The notes beneath the pieces are model-generated. The model was not told where the DNA came from. It made no database searches and saw nothing but the letters and a program-made list of their open reading frames with translations. Of a DNA stretch of 64,000 nucleotides, positions 51,340-61,620 are shown piece by piece. Source of the stretch: Haliotis asinina (lineage: Eukaryota); assembly GCF_037392515.1 (NCBI RefSeq), contig NC_090294.1, forward strand, positions 14,283,038-14,347,037, given 5' to 3'. Numbering within the stretch: position 1 is the stretch's first letter; the number at the start of each line of letters is the position of its first letter. Both the position numbers and the translations under genes were made by a program.

Positions 51340-52215
51340 AGCAATACGACGCTTACAAGTAAAGAAACAAACGTGTTTCACAATCCACTCGGTGTTCTTA
51401 ATGAACAAATGACTAAACAAAGGCAAACATTTTCCCCAGACAAAGTATATAGGCACGGTCTTGTATTATCCTGCAATATTTACAGTGGTAGTTTGTCCAT
51501 CTGACTTTGAGTATGACATGTGTGATCTTCGAAATACAGTTTATTTAAATCGACCAACTGTCTGATAAATCCGGGTCCTGGAACTTCGGTGGACATTGTA
51601 TTGTAAAAAACTATAAGACGGGAAAAACATTTACGTATGCACTCATCACTTCAGTCATATGCTAATCACAATCTGAATCATTTGACTTAATTATAACCAC
51701 AAACCTACCATTCAAATGCGCAAAAGTATATACCACGAAAGAACACTGTAATTGTTGCATCCGCTACACTTCTCATCAAAGGTCTAAGGTATGTTTTCAT
51801 GTTTCTTGATAACTATCTTACACACAGCAGATGGCTCACAGGGATACAAAGCTCAAAATTTCTTCTTTTTATATGTCTACAATCCCCCTAAGCAAGGTTG
51901 CTAAAGTGGGGTTGACTCAATTATGTTCAAAGCTCGAAGCCATCATACAGATGCAGATCTATATTCCTTTTGAAAACGATCACTGACATGCAGTGTGGCG
52001 TGGCGCTGATCCAGCTAGACACCATTCTGTATCATATTATTGTATACTCCCCAGGGACCTGAGATTAATACTACAATGTGACGCTGGGACTCACATTCCA
52101 TCATCGAAGGAAATAAATACCAGCGCCAGGAGCAAACACGAGTGAGCTATATAAATATCCAATAATAAAATATCATGATAATAATAATATTGCTGCATCA
52201 TGGAGTTGCATATGC
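51340..52215. repeat. R4, copy 3
   Basis: cgacgcttacaagtaaagaaacaaacgtg…aagaacactgtaattgttgcatccgctacacttctcatcaaaggtctaagg…ccttttgaaaacgatcactgacatgcag…attgctgcatcatggag. Confidence 0.6.
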
Positions 52216-53109
52216 ACTTTATATGTTTCCGACTGACAATTTCAGAGAACAAATATTCAATACATGTGGACGCACTTTTATATCATTTCACTTCGTTAAC
52301 GTACATTAGAGTTAGATCTGTGAGGACCCGGGTTAGAACTGGTTGTCAACAACTCATGCTCCCGTGACCGGACAATATTCATGCTGTACGCGGAAACTAG
52401 GAACCTTTGCACCGTACGTTTCTCATCCTGTGCGTCAGTGTTCACCATGAATACATGAAAGTCCGTCAAGGTTGTTAATGCTGTCTGTACACGCAGTAAG
52501 TATGTCACGCAGCAAGGAATAACTTGCTCCGTCAGTACAGTCACTGTAATGTATTGTAGATAGTTCTCATTGACAGTGAGATTACCACGAGATGCCTTCC
52601 ACTATTTGTGATGGAGGTACACTTGCAAACAATGGAATGCTGATTCTGAAGGTTTAGTTTCCAGACATCTTAACATCAAATCCATTGATGATTACTTTAG
52701 GTTTACGCCAATAGATGTGACAGACATAGCTGAGATAAGAGAGACAAGGAGTACCACTCTTACCGCTGACGGCAGCTGCTTAAGATATGAGGGTGCTATA
52801 CATAGGATGTGTTAGATATTCCCACGAAGATACAATCTGTAGAAAATTATAGTACTGAAATCCCAGGTCGAAGCAGATGTGGTTAACCTTTCAGTTAGTG
52901 AGGGAGTATAGGGGGTGTGGCTTCTCATACCGCTTTTGACATTTCCTGGTAGGCTTCAGAAATAAAAGAATAAATCCCATCTATAAAGTTTGTGTATGTA
53001 GTATAGACAGAGTGACATATCGGTGGAAGATATCTATGAATAAATCTGCTAAATACTGTGTATTATGACTTGCATTGTATAATTCATTCCAAGTGCTTTT
53101 CCTATCTTT

Positions 53110-53280
53110 ACGAGGTACCCATTCAATGCTGGCTGGACTGGGACAGTACTTTGTCCACGTTTTACAGCACGTTGCTGCATCTGCAGCTAGGTATTTGCAC
53201 GTATTCATGTGGCCACCATCTAGCCATTTACCAACGGATTCCTGGGCTCCTTTAAGTGAACGGGGTAGAGCACTGTTTAC
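53110..53280 (+). repeat. diverged repeat pair member (53.1 kb)
   Basis: See 14041-14190. ORFs 13900-14247 and 53058-53255 share QLG-V/I-CT-x-SCGHHL-V/A-IYQRI. Confidence 0.6.
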
Positions 53281-54187
53281 AAGATTTAGTAACATCGATG
53301 AAACAGTCTGCACACAAGGCTGACTCCAAGGGTTTTCTTTGCGCCCGATCACAGGTGGGCTCGATCCTGGCACCTGATATTGGCTGGATTACTACTTTGG
53401 GCCTTAGACAGCACGCCCTTCAAGCCCCATTTACCAATATACCAACAAACATCATTACAACACTACTTAATTCTCAAAAGATATTACCTATCTGGATTTA
53501 AGAGTTTTTTCAAACTTCCGGCAACTAATCCATATCAGTTTGATATTTCAGTCGTAATTTCATAGTCCCTTAATGCATGTGCTAGAATCATTAATTTACC
53601 CACTGGAAGTATTGATGAATAAATCGAGTTTATTTATGTCATACAGTTGTATAAGCATACAAACGAATAAACTGATACTTATAATCCTACGGGAACCATT
53701 CCGGATCTATACTGACAATACCATCTGACTCACCAGACAGAGAAGTCCTGTAAAGAGACCATTGAACGTATTATTATGTATGTCATGGAAGCTGCATAAT
53801 CCAAATCCTCGATGCCAGTATTCGGTTCCAAATGAATGATTTTTTTTAAATATTAGAAACGTCTGTATTATCTTGTTCGAAACGAAGCTCACCCTTATTA
53901 TTATTACAACGAATATCGCATTGCAGGTTCCAAAGGATGCATGCCTGCCAATTATAGGAAATATTCACTCGATTGAGGGTTTCCGTTGATAAATATCATC
54001 AAAGAAAATCATATCTCACATTGATAAAAAAAATATTTACAATAACATAATGTTTAAATAACTGTAGGAACTGCATTCAAGGCCAACTGAGATTTCATTA
54101 CGGAACCAGTGTTGTGAAAAGAAATATTTTATCACATATACATTATTGACAGACTTCATGCCACGCATATTACTGACAATAATTCCC

Positions 54188-54350
54188 CGTCTAAGCCTTT
54201 GCTTGAGTTTCTGTGTTTACAAGATAACCATTACCACTATATCCTCTGCCAGACAATGTGATAATTGTTATGCCCGATTCCAAACGTATGTCTGAGGAGA
54301 GTCTCCTGCTGATAATATGAACATCAAAAGTTGTCTCAGATGTATTGCAT
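54188..54350 (+). repeat. R5, copy 3
   Basis: gcctttgcttgagtttctgtgtttacaagataacc…ccgattccaaacgtatgtctgaggagagtctcctgctgataata…aaagttgtctcagatgtattgc. Confidence 0.6.
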
Positions 54351-54584
54351 TTTTAACTGAAAGAGTTATCGTGAATACAAAGAGACATGTAATGTATGGT
54401 ATATCATGATGGTCCAGACGTTCCAACGTGTCTCTACATACATACCATGACAAGGATATTCATACTGTCAGTTCCACTAAAAGGACGCCTTTCAGTGAGT
54501 TGTAAGCAAGTGTAGTGCATGAATTCTATAAGGTATTATGGGCGTTTGGTGATAACTGCACCTACAGTAACATGTGTGGGGTGC

Positions 54585-54585
54585 A

Positions 54586-54620
<35 letters not shown>

Positions 54621-54623
54621 ATG
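54585..54623. repeat. (GCGT)n microsatellite
   Basis: gcatgcgtgcgtgcgtgcgtgcgtgcgtgcgtgcgtgcatg, about 130 bp from the mariner terminal repeat. Confidence 0.9.
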
Positions 54624-54753
54624 TGTGCTTCTCTGGACTAGATTACTGCGGGTTTTATAGCGTTTGTTCACAGCGATAACTTGCATGTGTCTCAGTTTAA
54701 CGGTGAGGAGGTCTTGCAATGCTAATCGCCCTAGGTATACAGCTGAATATTTA

Positions 54754-54783
54754 CGAGGGGATGTCAATACGTTTTGAGCCTTG
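54754..54783. repeat. inverted terminal repeat of the mariner-like element (end nearest the transposase C-terminus)
   Basis: Direct reading of the sequence. It pairs with 56044-56073 as a reverse complement with one mismatch. Confidence 0.8.
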
Positions 54784-54818
54784 CATAGAAAAACACAAAA
54801 TATTGGTTTGAACAACAT

Positions 54819-55899
54819 TTATTTTTCAACATAGTCCCGTTGTGAGTCAAGACACTTGTTCCATCTTTTCTGCCAGGCGCTGATGCCATCTCTGTAGAAG
54901 GCGCCATTTTGGTCCTCAAACCAAGCCTCAGTAGCAGCAATGAGCTCATTATCATCCTGAAATCTACGACCACGCAAGTGTTTCTTGTGATTTGGGAACA
55001 GATGGTAATCACTTGGTGCCAGGTCTGGAGAGTACGGGGGGTAGTGGGGGTGGGGGGGTGGGGGGTCTGGGGTGCGGCAAGATTTCGTACCCGCATTCCT
55101 GGACAGCAGCGGCTGCAACGCGAGAGGTGTGTACTGGAGCATTGTCTTGATGTAGAAGAATACCACGTCTGATCTTGCCCCGGCGCTTCTCCTTGATTGA
55201 CTCTCGCACTTGCCTCAACAAGTTAGCGTAATATTCATTGTTCTTCCTTTTGGTAAGTAATCTATGTGGGTGACGCCTTTGCTATCCCAGAAGACTGTCG
55301 CCATTACCTTCTGCACTGATCTGGTGGCTTTGAAACTTTTTGGTCCTGGGAGAAGTCACATGTTTCCATTCCATGGATTCTTGTTTGCTCTCAGGCTCAT
55401 AGTGGTGGATCCAGGTTTCATCACAGGTTACTAGCCTACAGTGAAAATCTTCTGGATTTTTGTTGTATCTGGTTAGCATGGAGTTGCTTATGGTGACCCT
55501 TGTTTGCTTCATTTCATCTGTAAGCATTCTTGGCACCCATGTTGCACACACCTTAAACATGACGAGATGGTCATGAAGAATTGTCTCGATGGATCTGTGT
55601 GAAATGCCCGTGGTCTCCTCTAACTCGTGGAGTGTGATTCGACGATTTTCCAGCACAAGTCTATGCACTCTGTCAATGTTTTCCTGACTAGTGCTTGTTG
55701 TTGGGCGACCTGGACGGGGGTCATCTTCAAGACTCTCTCTACCATGCTTAAATTCATTTACCCATCGTTTGATGGTAGCAGATGAAGGGGAAGACTTCCC
55801 ATAAACTGCTGAAAGCCTTTCTTTAATGTTCTTCGCCGGGTTTGTTTCAAGAACTAAAAACGTAATTACTGCTCTATAGTCAGTTTTATTCATTTTCAC
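54819..55899 (-). pseudogene. mariner-type transposase, interrupted by at least two frameshifts and a G-rich insertion
   Basis: Three minus-strand ORF pieces cover it. ORF 55282-55899 carries the N-terminal HTH and linker (…GRPTTSTSQENIDRVHRLVLENRRITLHELEE…VTCDETWIHHYEPESKQESMEW…). ORF 55009-55221 carries …ILLHQDNAPVHTS…GYEILPHP…. ORF 54819-55166 carries …PPYSPDLAPSDYHLFPNHKKHLRGRRF…. These are the hallmark motifs of mariner transposases. The frame breaks near 55300 and near 55040-55170. Confidence 0.8.
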
Positions 55900-56043
55900 T
55901 GCCGTGGGGGGTGTCTCTTTCTGTCAATGTGAGCTGTTCAATAACTTCTGAGGGTAGGATACGAAAACTTACATATCACATCAGCTACACCCCAAGGTTC
56001 AATGTCGTACCATAGGCTGTGAAACCTGGGTATGAAAAATGCT

Positions 56044-56073
56044 CAAGGCTCAAAACGCATTGACATCCCCTCG
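56044..56073. repeat. inverted terminal repeat of the mariner-like element (end nearest the transposase N-terminus)
   Basis: caaggctcaaaacgcattgacatcccctcg is the reverse complement of 54754-54783 except at one position. It is followed by TA. Confidence 0.8.
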
Positions 56074-56892
56074 TATCGTAAGCAGAAACAGGATATGTTT
56101 TGAGATAGGATATGTGTTGGGATAGTATATGTTTTTGAACAGATCATTTAGTATTGGATAATTGACTTTCGCATATCCTCGCCAACAACAACTCGTCATT
56201 GGTCCACCGTACCTCCGTATAGAATAGCTGATTTCTTGGACAGCGGCAGCACCCCTGCAGTACATTCGTTTAGCGTCAGAGCATAAGGCAACTGCCATCT
56301 GTATCCTGCGATAGTGATGGTTCAGGATTGTTTCACTACATAGCGTCCAATATTTCACAGACCTCACTTGTCTCGTCATTCTCAATAACCCCTTCACACT
56401 TCGAAAATGACAAATCGCCTCCAAACCCCTTACCACCACTAAACACCCTTTTTACAAACCTGTTAGAAGACCTTAAATTCATTAGTACACTAATTATCTA
56501 CTACATCTTAATATTCCCTAGAAAAAGAGAAGTTGATAATACTTTACTGCACCATCAGGGTAGAAATGTGTTTAATATTTTATTGCTTTACCGATCCCCT
56601 GTGACATTTCAAAACGTAATGTTTTGTGAAGCGTCTGTATTGACGACTTTAATCAAGTATTGTCTTTTAATAGTTCAATTTTTAATGCTTGATGGCATAA
56701 TTAAATAGTCTATTTGGTAATGACGACGCAGTATCTGACGTATCATATGATTACCCTGATAAGATTCCACGTTCTTTGTGGTGAAGCGATTCATGTGGGT
56801 TTTGTATTGTTTTTTGTTTGTTTAGGGTTTCTTATTACATTTTATTTATTTTGTTGGCACTGTGTAAATAATCATGTCTGGACTAGACATTC

Positions 56893-57010
56893 CAATGATT
56901 GACATCATGAGCATCGGTCTACGCAATTGACTTGTGTCAACCAAGTCAGCGAGTCTGACCTCCCGACCCCATTAGTCGGCTTTTACGACAAGCATGGGTT
57001 GCTTGTGTTA
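56893..57010 (+). repeat. SINE-like family core copy
   Basis: catgagcatcggtctacgcaattgacttgtgtcaaccaagtcagcgagtctgacctcccgaccccattagtcggcttttacgacaagcatgggttgc. Confidence 0.45.
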
Positions 57011-57232
57011 ACATTTTCTCAGTGTTATCAGAGCGGGATATCTGAGGTAAAACCATGCAGATGGAACTGGCATGTATGATCTTTATGTAGGAGAGAGAAG
57101 AGTGACAAGGGGTGCCTCTCATGCAAGTAACTCTAAAATATATCTGGATACGATTTCACCTGATTCACGTATTTAATCCAAAGAGACTGACCAAATGCGA
57201 TTACTCTTGTGAGGCTATGACTTGAATTTGAC

Positions 57233-57415
57233 AACTGAGTGAATGAGTGAGTGAGTGAGTGAGTGAATTTACACCTCCTTTAGAAATATTCCAGCAATAT
57301 CACGGCGGGGGGCACCAGAACATGGGCTTCACACATTATACCCATGTGGGGAATAGAACCTGGGTCCTCGGCGTGACGAGCGAACGCTTTAACCACTAGG
57401 CTATCCCACCACCCC
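57233..57415 (-). mobile_element. SINE-like element: tRNA-like head, conserved box and (CACT)n tail
   Basis: The minus strand reads GGGGTGGTGGGATAGCCTAGTGGTTAAAGCGTTCGCTCGTCACGCCGAGGACCCAGGTTCTATTCCCCACATGGG, with A-box-like TAGCCTAGTGG and B-box-like GGTTCTATTCC. It continues with …CCGCCGTGATATTGCTGGAATATTTCTAAAGGAGGTGTAAATT and then (CACT)n, which appears as (GAGT)n on the plus strand at 57233-57267. The same box plus microsatellite recurs elsewhere in the window. Confidence 0.6.
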
Positions 57416-58149
57416 ATTGGACAACTAATGGATAGCATACTGCCTCTTTCCCTTATGCTTTGGACACTATATAGTGAGTGAGCGTAACGTGCCAAAGTAA
57501 GATCATTTCAGCTCGGAAAGGAACGTTTCACCAGGAGTTTTCGTCTTAAGTTTCCACAGTCACGATTGACGACAACAAATCCTGCAGCAATTCATACCTC
57601 ACCAAGAAATATCCCAGAAACATAATGTATGAATAAATGTCCCTATGCTGTGTGTATAACGTGTATTTTGATTTACTGAGATGTGAACACGAACCTTGAG
57701 TGTAGAAAGATGTCCATGTACATCCGTCATTTAATATTCTCAATTGTCACTGAATGTTTAACCGACGTGGATGCTATGACATGTTAGTACATGAGCTTGC
57801 TCAAACAATACCTTCGTAATCAGATTATCTGTCACATGAGAAGACTTTTGTGCTTTATGCGTACAATATCGTCAGTGAAATAGAACGGTTTGACAATCTG
57901 AACATTTCTGACTGTTATCTAAGATAGATATTTCGTATGACATACTTCGGACACATCTGAAAACTAATTTAAACTAATGCCCTAGTTTACTTACGGCAGT
58001 AATGTGCGTTTTTGCTGCTTTGGGCATTGTAGATACGTTATACATACACCTACCACCTTGACAAATGAGAAAGGTAGAATGGTAAAAATGTTGGAATAAA
58101 AAGGATAAAGGAAATGAGAATGTAATAAAACCTCCACAAAAACAAGTCT

Positions 58150-58625
58150 ATTTGAAGGTCACGGTTAACCCGTAGGTGGCAACTTCCAAGGAAAACAGCA
58201 CACATATCGGCAGCATCGACAGCGCCGTCCTCGTCTGTGATGTTACCTACCTATCACTCACAAAAGGTGGCACTTACGAAAAACTATCAGTTTACGAGAG
58301 ATTATGACAATATAAATTATTTGAACTGAAGAGTCTGTCACCCTTTATCGCCTTAGAGCCCATATTTGAAAACAATAGATATGTCACATTTCGTTATAAG
58401 GAAAGAAACGACTGGAATATTTTTAGATCTTAATCTACACTTCCCCGCGGGCTTCAGGCAACTTCATGTTGCAGTCATTTTCTTGAGTCTAGTGCAAACT
58501 GATTTTGGATTTGATGTTCAAAATAGTTATAAACACGACGCTTCACTGTTTCTGATACAAATTAATTTGTTTCAGGAGAATTTGGATTCTTGTAACACAG
58601 ATTCATCATACTTTGATCAATAAAT
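58150..58625 (+). repeat. R6, copy 3
   Basis: ggtcacggttaacccg…atcgacagcgccgtcctcgtc…ctagtgcaaactgattttggatttgatgttcaaaatag…aaacacgacgc…acaaattaatttgtttcaggagaatttggat…. Confidence 0.65.
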
Positions 58626-58630
58626 TTCAA

Positions 58631-58878
58631 CTCAGTGAACTCAGCTAAATGACGGCGGTCTGTAAATAATCGAGTCTGGACCAGATAATTCAGTGATCAA
58701 CAACATGAGCATCGATCTGCGCAACTGGGAACCGATGACATGTGTCAACCAAGTCAGCGAGCCTGACCACCCGATCCCGTTAGTCGCCTCTTCCGACAAG
58801 CACAGTCGCCTTTTATGGCAAGCATGGTTGCTGAAGGCCTATTCTACCCCGGGATCTTCACGGGTCAGGATATGATAG
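58631..58878 (+). mobile_element. SINE-like family copy (5' module, core, 3' module)
   Basis: …gacggcggtctgtaaataatcgagtctggaccagataattcagtgatcaacaacatgagcatcgatctgcgcaactgggaaccgatgacatgtgtcaaccaagtcagcgagcctgaccacccgatcccgttagtcgcctcttccgacaagca…ggcaagcatggttgctgaaggcctattctaccccgggatcttcacgggtc. Confidence 0.5.
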
Positions 58879-59414
58879 ATAAAGATCCAAGACAATGATT
58901 TTCATTACCTGCAACGGATATATGTCTGTGGTCACAGAAACATGATTTACGAGAGAAGGTTTTCATTAACTTGTAAACACTGTCTGTCCATTGACACAAA
59001 CGAAAGCCCAATATTTCATACTCCACAGGCTTTGACGCTTTCATTAACCTTGTCTAACCTGCTGATATTTCCTCTGTGTATACGTGATGTAACATTTTGC
59101 TTAGTTTAGGCTGACATTTGGAATAAATGATTCCATTTCATTATCATGCCCAGACAAACGGCATGATTTAGAACGAGCTGTCTGCCAGCGGTCTCCTGCA
59201 GTCGTAAGACTATTTGAGCCTTGTCAACATCCTCTGGAAATTGAAGATTACGTTTGACGAGCAAAGGAGCTTCTAATGACAGAAGGTAAATAGCGTCATC
59301 ACAAACCTAATACACCGAGTTGGTTAAGTTCACCAACAAACATTGCAAATGGAAACTTTTACGAAGCTCCTTGATCTATCTCAAATCTACCAAAACTTTG
59401 GTATTTTTCTAAGG

Positions 59415-59458
59415 GAAAAATTCATCCAGTGAAAAAATTCATCCAGTGAATTTTTCAC
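59415..59458. repeat. short direct repeat plus palindrome
   Basis: aaaaattcatccagtg x2, then gtgaaaaattcatccagtgaatttttcac. Confidence 0.7.
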
Positions 59459-60081
59459 ATGTTCAGATAATATTGGTTTCAGTTTCCATTCAATTAAGCA
59501 GGTAATACCTTGACGTAATTATGTTGTTTACCTCCTTTTCTGCTCATACGTCGACAAAGCGAACACTCTGGAGTTTTAGCAGTCTCGAACAGACGCCGTG
59601 GCTTGATAGTTCTAATGTCGGACAGATTCGCTAACTTTGTTAATGCATGTCGTCAGCCCCCGACACAACACTGCTGTCCATGATTCCAGTCTACGGTTTT
59701 AGCATCCTCCATCATAAAGAAAAAAACTCAACATCTTTATATTTTATCAAAATATGTCTGCTCCTAATGACCCTCCCAAAATATGTATATCCTCCTGCAT
59801 GACCCGCACCACATTCTCAAAGTTGTACTCAGCCCTACAAAGAATGACCTTCCATCTCATGGAATAGAACGGACAGTGCCTTATGTCTTGATGTGTTACC
59901 TTGAGACCCTGTGAGACTGACCAAAGTGTGCTCACTTATAGCTCCTGAAATCAGTGTTTAAATGCATACCCCTTTTCCCCAGACCACACCGGTAAATATT
60001 GTACATGTATCATGTATCTTTGGACCTTGAGAAGAAGACAGCGAGTGCACTGTACAACAGCAACCTAATGCATCAATGTAA

Positions 60082-60275
60082 CAACTGAGACGACACGAAA
60101 GCCCCTTCTTGTTGTCAAGGGTAATGGGAGACCCGTGGAGATCCGGGTTAGAAACGATCTTCAGCAGCCCATGCTTTCTTAACACATATCATCGTATACA
60201 AATTGGTTGCATCAATGATCATGCTGTTAGTCACATGAGTGTCTGGTCCAGACTCGATTATTTAGAATATTCTGA
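60082..60275 (-). mobile_element. SINE-like family copy in reverse orientation, lacking the central core
   Basis: The reverse complement reads …taaataatcgagtctggaccagacactcatgtgactaacagcatgatcattgatgc…gttaagaaagcatgggctgctgaagatcgtttctaacccggatctccacgggtctcc, matching the 5' and 3' modules of 58631-58878 and 16100-16160. Confidence 0.45.
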
Positions 60276-61120
60276 ATATAACTGAAAAGTTGGCGTGCGG
60301 TTTTAAACAACAAACACACAAAACAAACTGTAACGACAGCTGGTCATGATCAACTCTTAAACGGAACGCTTCTGTGTCCAAATTCCCAAAATGGACACGA
60401 TAATGTCTTGACTGAGACACTCAACAATTCTATTGGGTTGGAGGTTCAGAGAAGAATGCAAGTATTTCCACTCTGTGTTCGTTTCTTTGTCAATGGATGC
60501 AAAGTAAACTTCCTGTCGTTTTCTATTCACGAATCTGTCGTCTGTCCCTACATCGTACAACTATCTATCACGCAAAACCTCCTTCTAGAGACACGTCATT
60601 TAGTTTATGCCCTAACTATTATACTGAAAATAAGTATCCTCCCCGGAATCTTATGATAATTGTAATGACTCGCCCCATCCCCTTGTTCACTCAAGGTTTA
60701 ACCCTCCATGACGAGGACAAATGAAACAGGAATTATATATTTCTTTGTAAAATGTCCTTTCAAAATAACCCATCCTAAATGTGTTTTGTGTGTCGTCCAT
60801 CAGCATACCCTCACAAAAAGCTAAGCAACACATATATTTAGTCTCATCACATTTTCATTTATGGAAATTGCAAATCATGGAATCATGCAAATGAAAGGTG
60901 AAACATATGTACACACGATTTACAAAATGAGATCAAATGATATTGGCAATAACAGACTTACAAATCAACAAAACCATGTACCCGTCCGTCAAATTGTTTA
61001 CATTAAGTTTCAGTCAGTTTTGGACAGTGAAGCGGTGTCCAGTAACGCATGTAGCCACTTTGAGCACAAATGCAAGCTACTACTCATCTTTGCATTGACC
61101 AAATGAACCTTTAAAGATGT

Positions 61121-61620
61121 TGTTGTGGAATGTTCTGCCATTCTCTCTGTAACGCGTGCTCAAGGTCATCCAGGGCGTGGGAATGAACGTGGAGACCGTA
61201 AACACGTATTTCCAATAACGCCAGGCCAGGTGATCAGGTGACCTGGAGGGCCAGTCCATATGCCTAATGTTGTTGATCTAAACATCATCATTAACAACCT
61301 CTCTCATAAGTTTGAAGTTTGGACCCGCTTGTTGTACCAGGGGAATGAATACAGTTAGGCTTAGGCAAGTCTGGGTGCTTGTGAGATGAGTGGAGCCCAT
61401 TCATGCCATGCTGGTTGTTAGGGTGGTTGTGTTTTGGGATGTTGTCAATGTTATCAGATAGATCAATTTGACAGTCATTAAAGGTCGTGTATTCTTTGAA
61501 TATTTAGATTTCAGTAAATACAATCCAGATGGGAGCCGTACATGGAGCTGTATCATGCCGTACCATCGTTCATGAGTTTCTGCCATTTTCAGGAAGCACA
61601 CGTCTGCTAACACATTTCAA
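61121..61620 (-). pseudogene. Tc1-like transposase C-terminal remnant, frameshifted
   Basis: Minus-strand translation gives …DNIPKHNHPNNQHGMNGLHSSHKHPDLPKPN… (compare FQQDNDPKH … SPDLNPIE) and …HALDDLEHALQREWQNIPQQHL* (compare NPIEhlWd.L.rrv … L..EEW..IP), ending at a stop at 61121-61123. The upstream part is only weakly recognisable. Confidence 0.4.

Larger units (their letters stand above)
54754..56073 (-). mobile_element. mariner-like element (Tc1/mariner superfamily), ~1.32 kb, internally degenerate
   Basis: The 30-bp terminal sequence cgaggggatgtcaatacgttttgagccttg at 54754-54783 recurs as its reverse complement at 56044-56073 (29/30). A TA dinucleotide lies immediately outside both ends (54752-54753 and 56074-56075). 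The internal ORFs on the minus strand encode mariner transposase motifs. Confidence 0.85.

Noticed and set aside
57341-57415. tRNA-like sequence (GGGGTGGTGGGATAGCCTAGTGGTTAAAGCG…GGTTCTATTCCCC on the minus strand) that could be called a tRNA gene
   Set aside because: The D-arm and anticodon-arm pairing are poor (a 4-bp stem with a 6-nt loop). It is fused directly to a family-specific box and a (CACT)n tail that recur at more than five other sites. It is therefore a SINE head, not a functional tRNA.
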